32,450 nt of DNA. Origin: Patellaria atrata CBS 101060. Taxonomy: Eukaryota. The DNA lies in contig MU006093.1 in the NCBI GenBank assembly GCA_010093705.1, positions 731,462 to 763,911 on the forward strand. Reading direction: 5' to 3'. Numbering within the stretch: position 1 is the first letter of the stretch; each line of letters opens with the position of its first letter. Below the pieces are notes generated by a model. That model did not search any database, was not told where the DNA came from, and saw only the letters and a list, made by a program, of their open reading frames with translations. Positions 22,736-32,450 of this stretch are shown piece after piece. A program made the position numbers and the translations under genes.

Positions 22736-25040
22736 ATGGAAGCCTCCGGGAAGTCGAAGCGTAAAGAAGGCGAAGAAGCGGAAGAGTTGGAGAATGAATT
22801 GAACCCTGCTAGAAATTATCCTCGCAAGAGGGTTGCAGTTGCAGTAAGCTCCACTCATCTTTTCTAAATTATTCACCTGATGAACGGACACTTACTCCTT
22901 CTACGCGGCATGTCAATAGTGCGAAGTCTGCCGCCTCCGTAAAACAAAGTGCGACGCAAAGCGACCTTGCAGCTTTTGCACAGAAGCTGGTATAGAATGT
23001 GTCTACCGCGGACAGAACTCACCGCAAACGTAAGTCTCATTGGTCCGCATTCTGGCTGGGATTTCAGGCCCCTGAGTAAGTGTACAGTCAATCGGCTGCT
23101 TCAGACATTCTTGCACGGATAGAAGATCGTCTCGCTCGCCTAGAGGATTTTCTCAATCCGTCAAAAGCGGATACAGTCAGCACACCAGGATCTATAGGGA
23201 GGCAGCAGTCCATAGAAAATCACTCCTTACCTTCCCGAGCTAGGAACCCTCTAGTCGATGAACGACGTAACTACCACCAGCAAAGCGTTGCGACGACGTA
23301 TAACTTCTCTTTTCGCCAAACTGCGGGTGAAGCAGTGACACCAAGGCCCTCATTAACGAGCTTTCAGAGCCCCTTTTACCTCCAATTTGAAAGCTGGGAT
23401 GATACAGAACGTTTTTATGACGACGAACTGACTGCTGAGGAGCACATGTATGAAACTATTGAAGCTTACCACTCTCAGCCGCTGAACTTGACACCAAGAG
23501 ACGCGTGGAAGCTTCAACAAACCTTTGTAACAACCTTCCTTCAGTGGATGCCCCTGTTAGACCTTGAACATTTTGTCGAGCATGTACGGATTGCGGCAGC
23601 AAGAGATTTCTCAGAAAACAATAGATCCAACTGTTTAACCATGTTTGCATTCGCTATCGCGATGGTGTCTCAAGATCAAGAAACCAAGTTTCATGATCCA
23701 ATACAAATGGAGTTTCTACCTGGACTGGACTATTTTTCTCGAGGTTGTCAAATACTGCAAAGGCTAACCCCGAGGAGCAGACGTGATATTGACATACTCC
23801 AATGCAGGCTGCTTCAGGGGTAAGTCAGCGTTCATTGTACAGTACAGCCTCAGTATGCTTACTGAGCTCACAGTTGTTACTTCCAGTTCGCAATACGTCC
23901 ATTGCTTGGTTGGGATACGATCACAGAACTCGCAAGGGATTTAATGCATAGTATGATTATCAGAGTCCCTTGATCGGCGTTGTGCTGAGTACTGCAAGTT
24001 TTGTCCTCTAGCCATTACAAAAGTATGCCGAGAGCGAAACAAGAGAGTTTTCACAGAGTCTTCTGGGCGTGCTCGATAATTACGCAGTATGATACCCTGG
24101 ACGTATCCCCAAGCATAAGATGTACCCTTGTTGACGATTGAACAAGTGAACTAGAAGCAATCTTAAAAACGCAACCTACTGGGCTACGACAATTCCACGA
24201 AGTCGTTCCGCTTCCACTGACAGATAATGAAGAAGAAGGATTTTATTATTTTTTCGCCCAGGCAAGTTTACGGAGGCTTCTAACTGAAACACTTGATGTA
24301 GTAGGATATCGCGGTATGCTCCAACCTTTTGAGACGTCTGTCCTATTATGTTGATGATTGAGTTAGTTGGGCAAGTTATATATGCCCCGGTCGTCACAGC
24401 GGAGCTTCGCAAACAAGCATCAGAATGGTACGACCATTTACCTCCGGCTATTAAGTTTCCAATCAACTCATCTCCGTTGTTCGACTTCCGAAAAGCCTTT
24501 TTGCGCATTCAATACGTTGCTTTACACACTGTAATTCTTTGGCCTTCTTTGTTGAAATTCCTGGAAAATCTTGCCCCGAGGAATTCTGATCATGCTCCTA
24601 TGAGCGAATCTCAACTGCGTAGTGCTGAAAAGGAGGCCCGCGACTGTCTTGACTACGTCGTATTAGTCTGTGACCAAGCAGAAGAGGTTTTGATGCGCCG
24701 GCACCTTGGTCTACAAATGTGTTTATATGTGTAAGTATCTTCATTACCGTCTGTTTATCTACATAATCTAACATCCAATCACAGGATCTACGCAAATTTA
24801 TGTATGCTCCTTGTCACTTATAAAGTGCATGGCCTTGGCTTCATTCCGCATACTCGAAGCGATACCCATATAAGGAAGGTATTCAACGTTATGCGAGGAT
24901 GGGAACATCTTTCCATTGTACGTCGAGCTCTAGAGCGAACCAGAGCTCAAATGCAGCGAGCACAAATACCAACCGATGATTATATTGCTCAATCACCGTC
25001 GGATATCATGATCTTTGATAGTCACCGCGGCATGACGTGA
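22736..25040 (+). CDS. Zn(II)2Cys6 transcription factor with fungal TF middle homology region
   Basis: Binuclear cluster CEVCRLRKTKCDAKRPCSFCTEAGIEC preceded by YPRKRVAVA. Introns at 22844-22919, 23030-23087, 23820-23873, 23951-23998, 24087-24146, 24314-24366 and 24731-24784, all phase-consistent. Motifs RVFWAC and EWYDHLP. Confidence 0.88.
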
Positions 25041-25857
25041 ATCAGAGTTGGAGTTTTGCTCGGTCACTATCTTGTGGAGTAAATTCCTTTGAAAGCATAC
25101 TGCGAACAGTACAAGTTTTAATCCTAAGCGATCAAGCATTATTATGCAAAGGTCTACTTCCTGGAGGCATATGACACACGCCACGACGACGCCCTAACCG
25201 TATGGTTGGGCCTCATAAGACCGAGCTGTCGGTACGTTAATTCACTTTTAACAGTACTCACAATATGAATAATCTGATGAAAGCTTTAGTAAATACAAGA
25301 ATATGCTCCTTTCTCTTCCCAGAATAATCCAAATATCAGCTTCAGTCTATTGTTTCTGCCACAGGCGTTATCTACAGCCCATACGACTCTCGTATTCCTA
25401 AAAGAAGGAACGGCTCAGTTGAGCTTACTCCTGCTGAGCTGCTTGACGAATGACGCTAAATTCCTCAATTTTCAAAAATACCATAAGGTTGACGTTGAAT
25501 GGGAGACAGAAGCTAGTTTCGAGCGTCCTATATTCGTCGTATTTCCTTCGACCGTATCCATACTGAGGGATTGTGTGCTCCCTTGTGCAGATAATTGCGT
25601 CTTCGATATGCTGTACAGTACATGTTTCACAGCTTTTAAGGATGTAGAACGAATGTGCAGCAGTTACTACTATCAATTAAAAGGTTCTACATGTATATAA
25701 TTTGGGCAATGGTACCACCAATTTCTCAGCGACAGTGCTCAAGCAAACCCACAGGTATTTGGGAACAATTCAAAAAAGTACAAACGAATGATGAAGATCT
25801 ATTCTGATATAGCGGTTGTTATGAATTTGCAACTATCAATCTTGTGGAGATGTCCTT

Positions 25858-25889
25858 CCCCAGATTATCCCCCGGATATCATCATCCGG
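25858..25889. promoter_or_regulatory. Tandem CreA/Mig1-type sites overlapping a CGG-N10-CCG inverted repeat upstream of the MFS gene
   Basis: The minus strand reads ATATCCGGGG and TAATCTGGGG (WWWWSYGGGG consensus). CCGGAT-N6-ATCCGG lies at 25872-25889. Function is inferred only. Confidence 0.35.
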
Positions 25890-26392
25890 TTGTCGGTCTC
25901 ACTAAGGTTTGTTTCTCCACAATCCACTATACTACTATCAGAAGTAACTCACTCGCTTCAGTCTCAATTAATGATACTAACGAAACAAGTTCCATAAGTC
26001 AGTTACCCCAGATCGTCATATAATTCTCCGACCCCGAACATACGCGGTGTATCGCAAAATCCAGACCATACATGCTCCTCACGTATTATCCAGTGCCGTC
26101 AAACATAATAGTCTTGAATCAGACTCCCGATGTTCTGGGTTTTGACAAGGCCTAGATCTACGGTTCAACTGCTCTCCGTAGCTCCGGGTTCTTGGGTGTG
26201 GGCCTTAAGAGATCAATTGCATTGGTAGCACGTTTTTCATCATGGATCTCAGTACGACACGCGAAGAGACATGCAAGTCATAAAGCGCGTTCATTCCTCT
26301 CTCGATTCCGAAGTTCTATTCCTTTCTCTTTACACCACCTTCCCTCCCACCCCTTATTGCCAATCGTTTCATTGGCCCACAATTGATTCAAA

Positions 26393-28327
26393 ATGGCAGC
26401 CAAAACACAAGAGTCGGTCATAGCCGCCTCATCCTCATCTCACAATGAGGACTATGAGAAGCACAACAACAGCCATCTTCAGCATACGCTCACTAATGAG
26501 ATGATCGGCTTCCAGAGTGATGAAGCTCGATTACCCAAGGGATACTTCCTCAGTCGGTTCTTTTTAGGATCAATTCTTGCCGCTGGTTTAGGTATTCTGT
26601 GCGGTACTGCCGCATTTGGTTATGCTGCCCCTATTCTAGGAGTCATAAATGCAGATATCGGTCCTGACGCCAGATATGCTTGGATCTCGCTGGTATACAA
26701 CGCAGTATTGGCCGTTTTCTTGTCACCTGTTGGTCGTCTTTCTGATATCTTTGGTCGCCGCTATTTCTTCGTTGGAGGAGCTATCATCGCTGTCATCGGG
26801 AGCGTCGTGTGTGCTACCGCGAACGATATTCCAACACTAATTGGCGGAAACGTTCTACTTGCGGTCGCAACGTAAGGTACCCCTCCTCATAATAGTGTTT
26901 CTTATTAACCAAATTTGAGCAGTGCTACTCAGCTTTCTTTCCACTTCGTGGTAGGAGAACTGGTCCCCATGAAATATCGCTATATCGGCAATGCTGTCAT
27001 GTACGCTTTCACCTTCGGCGGTTCCGGTATGGGACCAGCCATCGCAACATCTTTCATCGTTCACTACCCTAGCGTTGGATGGAGGGGAATCTATTGGCTT
27101 CTCCTTGCTCTCAATGGAACTGCGCTCATCTGCTGGGCGGCCTTCTACTTCCCGCCTACGTTCGAGGAAAAGCACAAACGTGACATTGACAGCAAGATGT
27201 ACTGGCTCAAGCACTTTGACTGGTTCGGTACCTTCCTCTTCGCCGGCGGCTTCATTGTTTTTCTTCTCGGTTTATCTTGGGGCGGTGCCGTTTACCCCTG
27301 GAAGTCCGCAGCCGTCATCTCGTCCATCATCATCGGCTTCATCGTCCTTGTCATATTCGTACTCTATGAGATCTATGCACCGATCAAGGAACCCCTAATT
27401 CCTATGCACCTCTTCGCCAACGGTCGCTGGTCCGCAGCCGTCGTTCTCCTCGGTCTGGGTGCCGGTGTCTACTACGCCTTCTCCATCGTCTGGCCCGCCC
27501 AAGTCGCCGTCATCTACAACAACGGCGATCCGATGTGGGTCGGCTACGTCAGTATCCTCGTCGGCATGGGCATCATCACTGGTCAAATCGTCGCCGGTGC
27601 CCTTGCCGTCCGCATCGGGAAGACCCGATATCAATGCATGGCCGTCTTCACCATCGGTGGCATCTTCCTTGGCTGTAAGTAACCCATGCCCCCACCCGCC
27701 CGAAACTAGCACCAGACCGACAAAAACCAGAATCAAGACTGATGCAAATTACTAGGTGCCGCGATAGCCGAGCCCGACAACTTCAAAACAACCCTCGCCC
27801 TCATCTTCCTCGGCTGCTTCTTCATCGGCTGGAACGAATCCATCTGCCTAGCCAACAGCACCATCCTCGTACGCGACCAGCGCGACATTGGCGTCGCCGG
27901 CGGCACCGCGGGTTCCGTCCGCGCCGCCATCTGCGCCGTCATGGTTGCCGTCTTCGTCACCGTCATGACGAACCGCCTCGGCGAGACGATTCCCGAGCAA
28001 GTGCCGCCCGCGCTTATCGCCGCCGGCCTACCCGAGACCTCCGTGCCGGACTTCTTGGCTGCGTTCAATGTGGGTGCTGATGCACTGGCGGCGGTTGAGG
28101 GCGTCACGGAGCAGATTATTGGAGTGGGAGCGGAGGCGTATAAGTGGGCCAGCGCGGATGCGTATAGGACTGTGTATTTGGTGAATATTGCGTTTTCGGG
28201 CATTGCGATTCTTTTGACGTGGTTTGCGCCGAATACGGATGAATTGATGAGCGGGAAGGTCGCGGCGACGTTGCATCATGAGGGTCAGGAGAGCGAGGAG
28301 GATGTTGTTGGAGCTGAAAAGGTTTAG
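26393..28327 (+). CDS. MFS transporter, Tri12 (fungal trichothecene efflux pump) / 14-TMS type
   Basis: Exons 26393-26871, 26923-27674 and 27756-28327. MFS motif A GRLSDIFGRRYF, plus INADIGP, GELVPMKYR, GWRGIYW, FYFPPTF and LGLSWGG. Confidence 0.9.
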
Positions 28328-29038
28328 GTTACGGTTTGGGTATAGAGAGTCTTGGGTAGGAGTTAGAAAAGGGGGATCGGGTGTTATGTAATGAGGTTTC
28401 TCCGTGTTTCAAGGGAAATACTTCAGCCTATTGTTTATAACGTAATTGTATATGACTTCATGATGAGAAGTTTTTCTCTACAACATTTTCTAATGAAGAC
28501 ATATGTCTGTGGACGACTGTTATCCATCAACGATACGCAATTTGTTGATCAGTTGGGATGAGGTTATGATGTTTTTCTAAGACTAGGTCAATCAGGTAGC
28601 AGTATGCTCAATATATATGATATAGCTCATACCACAAAGATGACAGTTAGCAAAATTTCCGTGTTATGCCAGTGGACAATCTGTCGGCGCGGATCGATTC
28701 AAGACTAATACTAGCTGAAGGGCAACTTGCAGCAATTATGGGACGCCGAGGTTTTATTTGAAATAGAGGCCAATAATTGACTATCCCTTCCAGTAAGTTG
28801 TTTCTGATACTTTAATCACCAATAAGTTGTTTTCGCTAGCCATCCTACCTCCGTGTGGAGCTGTGATTAAGGGATGAGAATACATTCTCCGCACGCATTG
28901 TAAGGTCAACATTGTCCTCGGCAAGCATATGAATTCTCATCTCTTCTTCGTTTGAAGAAAGACTACCAGGCCTCAGATACTATCGTACCAATCCAAGCTT
29001 TCTTTCATGTCCAGCAGGCGCAAAGCGGCATTCCACGA

Positions 29039-29575
29039 TTAAGGTACGCTATTCTTTTCCTCCGCTTCTTTAGCCCTCAGTTGCTTCATCTTCTCATAAG
29101 CCGGCAAGGCCCACTTCACCATCCACTCTGACTTCGAGACTTCGTCGATCGTAGCTCTCTCCTGAGGTCTAAAGACAAACATCGAGCGCAGCATCTTAGG
29201 CAGAGCAGCACACTCATCATCGTCAAGTTTGGGCATGGAGGATTCCTCACGGGCTGTCTGCACCTAATTCTCGAAAAGATCATCCCATGTCCACACTTCA
29301 CGGTTCTTTGACTTGTGATGTTCGTCCAAATAATTATCCCGTTTCTCCCATTTATCCCACCATGGCTAAGGGAAATCCCCAAGAGCTTCGATTTGGTCCG
29401 CGGTTACGCTGTCGAACGTGACCGGGCCGCCCTCGAAGATTGGCCGCTGGGCGATTATGTTCCAAATAGCACATGCGAGGGTCGAGATGTCAGATGGGAA
29501 AGAAAGAGGAGTCGTCGGTTCAAAAGATAGCTTCTGTATCGCCGACGCCTCTTGGTGTATTTGAATAATACCAAT
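29039..29575 (-). pseudogene. 5'-truncated SRPK/Sky1-like (CMGC-related, fungal expanded family) kinase fragment
   Basis: Only the post-DFG C-lobe remains: YYSNTPRGVGDTEAIF [+1 frameshift in the T run near 29522-29525] EPTTPLSFPSDISTLACAIWNI...LGDFP*PWWDKW...FEN*VQ...MLRSMFVFRPQERATIDEVSKSEWMVKWALP. In-frame TAG stops at 29366-29368 and 29264-29266. No N-lobe, HRD or DFG upstream. Confidence 0.82.
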
Positions 29576-29759
29576 CGACTTCAGCCACTTTGCACTGCCC
29601 CTAACCCACATTCTCCCCACCTCGCCTTCCTTTAGTCTCATACCATGAATCTACTAACTAGCACAATCACTGTTCTTTTGACTACTTCATACGGCCATAT
29701 TTTGTCTATAATTATTTTAACGGTTCCCTTATCCGGAGTTCCCCGAGAATCTACTAGTC

Positions 29760-32450
29760 ATGCGTCTTCTGCGAGTTAACGATGACGAGCTCACTCCGGT
29801 TGAATTCTCAGGCACTCCTATTCACCAATATGCTATTCTTTCGCATACCTGGGGAGATGATAACGAAGAGGTTACCTTTAGAGATCTAGTGGAGGGCACG
29901 GGTAGAACCAAGGCTGGCTATAACAAGATTCAGTTCTGCGGAGCGCAAGCTGCTAATGACGGTCTGGAATTCTGCTGGGTCGACACTTGCTGCATCAATA
30001 AATCAAGCGACGCCGAGCTTGCAGAGGCTATCAACTCTATGTTCCGCTGGTATCAAAATGCCGCTAAATGTTATGTATATCTTTCAGATGTTTCGGCCGT
30101 TTCTGGCGATAGTAATATGCTCTCTCAAGATGAATGGATACTAGCCTTTCAGCATAGTAGGTGGTTCCGTCGAGGCTGGACTCTCCAAGAGCTTATCGCT
30201 CCAAGATCTGTGGAATTTTTCTCCGTAGAGGGTAACCGACTTGGTAGTAAATCTTCACTTATACAGGAAATTCACGAAATAACAGGAGTTCCCGTTCTCG
30301 CTCTTCAAGGAAGCCGATTATCTGGGTTTAGCGTTGGTGAGCGGATGTCATGGGCAGCAAGACGCGAGACCAAACGCGAAGAAGACGCGGTATATTCTTT
30401 GCTAGGTATTTTTGACGTTTTCATGCCGCTTATATATGGCGAAGGACGGCAGAAGGCGTTAAATCGACTCCAGAGAGAGATTAAGGAGAATAACTTGATT
30501 AACCTACCGATCGCGAAAGGAGCGTCGTTCGACTCTCACATGGAAGAACATAATCCCAAATGCCTTCGAGGTACTCGAACTGAGTTACTCCATCACATAA
30601 TGGAATGGGCCAAGGATAGAAACAGTAAACCTATATTCTGGCTAAACGGTATGGCTGGCACAGGAAAGTCTACAATTGCAAGGACTCTCGCCCAGTCGTT
30701 CGCCGACCAAGGTCGATTAGGAGCCAGCTTCTTTTTCAAGAAAGGCGAGGCAGAGCGTGGCAATGCCACGCGATTCTTCACCACTATCGCTACATACCTG
30801 ATGGGTCAAGTACCAGAGATGAAATCAGGCATGAAGGAAGCAATCGACGCCGACCCAGCTATTTCTGAGAAGGCTTTAAAAGATCAGTTTAAGAAGCTAA
30901 TCCTGCAGCCGCTCTTACAAGCAGCACCCATTCAAACTGTAGAACTGGTTATCGTAATAGACGCGCTGGACGAATGTGAGCGAGTCGAAGATATACGAGT
31001 AATTCTCCAACTTCTTTCACAAACTACAGCTCTTACGCCAGTGTCGTTACGGGTCTTTGTAACTAGCAGACCGGAGCTACATATTCGCCTTGGGTTCAGA
31101 CGTATGCCCGATGGCACATACAAGGATCTAATCCTTCAACAGGTGGCGAAGGAAACTATCGAGCACGACATACGTCTCTTCTTAGAGTATGAGCTCGGGG
31201 AGATACAGCAGCACCGTTCGCTGTCCCCCAACTGGCCTAGTAAAACCCAAATGCAGGCCCTGGTCGATCTCGCCGTCCCTTTGTTCATTTTTGCTGCCAC
31301 TATGTGTCGATATATCGGAGATCAACGAGATAATCCTAGAAAGCGCTTAGAAGCCATACTTCAATATCAGTCAGTTACTCATATTTCCAAGCTTGATAAA
31401 ACATACCTTCCTATTCTAACCCAGTTATTTGAGGACGAAGATGAAGTAGACATGCAAAGACGGACAAGCGAGTTTCGAGAAGTAGTTGGTAGTATCATCG
31501 TTCTTGAAAGTCCTCTCTCTATTCCCTCACTTGCACGTCTCCTTAGTATCCCAAAAGAAGATATTAGCTGCGACCTAGATTCTTTACGATCTGTTCTTAA
31601 CATTCCTGATTGCGAGGATGTACCTATAAGGCTCCTGCATCTATCATTTCGCGAATTCCTAGTCGATCCTCGAAAGAAGGGAAAGAGTCCGTTCTGGATA
31701 GATGAGAAAGAAACACACGAGAGGCTAGTAACTAAGTGTCTCCAATTAATGTCCAGTTCAGAAGGCCTCCGGCAAAACATGTGTAACCTACAAATACCAG
31801 GGCCTCTAAAAAACGAGATTGATAAACGCACAATAGCTAACTCTCTACCGCCTGAGTTACAATATGCTTGCCGTTACTGGGTACATCACCTGGAGCAAAG
31901 TAAACGGCATATACGCGACGGAGATGCCATCCACCTTTTTCTCCAGAAGTATTTCCTGTATTGGCTAGAGGCTATGAGCCTTATTGGAGAGGCATATAAA
32001 TGTATCCATATAATTAATGGCCTACAGATGCTCGAAGATGTAAGATTATGTTAGGTATTTTATCGATCATTCTACTTACCTATAGTATAGTCAGATAGGA
32101 GTGCCAGCTCAAATTTTCTTCGCGATGCGAAGAGATTTATGCTACGGTTCCGACCTATATTGGAATATGCACCTCTACAAATCTATTCTTCAGCGCTTAT
32201 TTTTGCTCCGGAGATGAGTATAATACGGAAGACATTTGTAAAGCATATACCGGGGTGGCTTAACCGGTTATCAAAGATGAAAGATGATTGGGACGCTTGC
32301 CGCAGCACGCTCGAGGGCCACACGAGCTCGGTCAACGCCGTAGCGTTCTCGCCGGACGGCCAGGTCGTGGCATCGGCATCAGGCGACCGCACCGTCAGGC
32401 TCTGGGACTCGAAGACGGGCGCGGGCCTCAGCACGCTCGAGGGCCACACG
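29760..32450 (+). CDS. HET-NACHT-WD40 (HNWD, het-e/het-d-like) fungal NLR; 3' end beyond the window
   Basis: HET domain ([44 protein letters not shown]) and NACHT ([32 protein letters not shown]). Intron GTAAGA...TAG at 32040-32090. Exon 2 continues [14 protein letters not shown] then WD40 [35 protein letters not shown]. Confidence 0.95.
32303..32450 (+). repeat. Start of a 126-bp (42-codon) WD40 tandem repeat array
   Basis: The 22-mer CAGCACGCTCGAGGGCCACACG occurs identically at 32303-32324 and 32429-32450, a period of 126 nt. Confidence 0.85.

Noticed and set aside
25350..25997. Short ORFs between the TF and MFS genes (25350-25700, 25425-25676, 25788-25997)
   Set aside because: No domain features or convincing splice structure; probably intergenic/promoter sequence.
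22736..28327. Trichothecene or other secondary-metabolite cluster
   Set aside because: Tri12-family transporters are widespread, and no backbone or tailoring enzyme genes flank this one in the window.
29264..29368. Two in-frame TAG codons in a kinase, suggesting A-to-I stop-codon correction (as in Fusarium PUK1) or TAG recoding
   Set aside because: The fragment also has a frameshift, a degenerate APE/DIW region and no N-lobe, so editing could not restore a kinase. TAG is used as a normal stop by other genes here (APM3, MFS, tandem kinase).
29580..29760. Amyloid signalling motif or adjacent HeLo/gasdermin effector gene next to the NLR
   Set aside because: The NLR starts directly with a HET domain, and no such ORF or pseudo-repeat motif is visible upstream. 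The downstream side is outside the window.

Overview
Gene-dense, intron-containing genomic DNA of a filamentous ascomycete (Pezizomycotina; class not determinable from sequence alone). I reconstructed 16 spliced or intronless protein-coding genes and one pseudogene by hand. From left to right: a conserved hypothetical protein, possibly Nse5-like, running off the left edge; a LURP-one/tubby-like protein; the Prp24/SART3 splicing factor; a PhyH dioxygenase; a small Cys/His-rich protein; an Mgr3-like TPR protein; an intronless tandem (two-domain) non-RD protein kinase; a compact alternating block of DUF4536/DMAC1-like, AP-3 mu, Cox9, TAF8, Som1 and an XRCC2-like Rad51 paralog; a Zn2Cys6 regulator next to a Tri12-type MFS transporter; a decayed SRPK-like kinase fragment; and a HET-NACHT-WD40 (HNWD) NLR whose WD repeats run off the right edge. 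Two pentanucleotide microsatellites and an 18-bp promoter palindrome are also present. The most notable items are the tandem kinase apparently inserted into a housekeeping block, the NLR sitting head-to-head with a truncated kinase pseudogene, and two uncharacterised proteins that the ORF track misses or truncates. No tRNA, rRNA, transposon or CRISPR was recognised. All family assignments come from motif recognition, not database searches.
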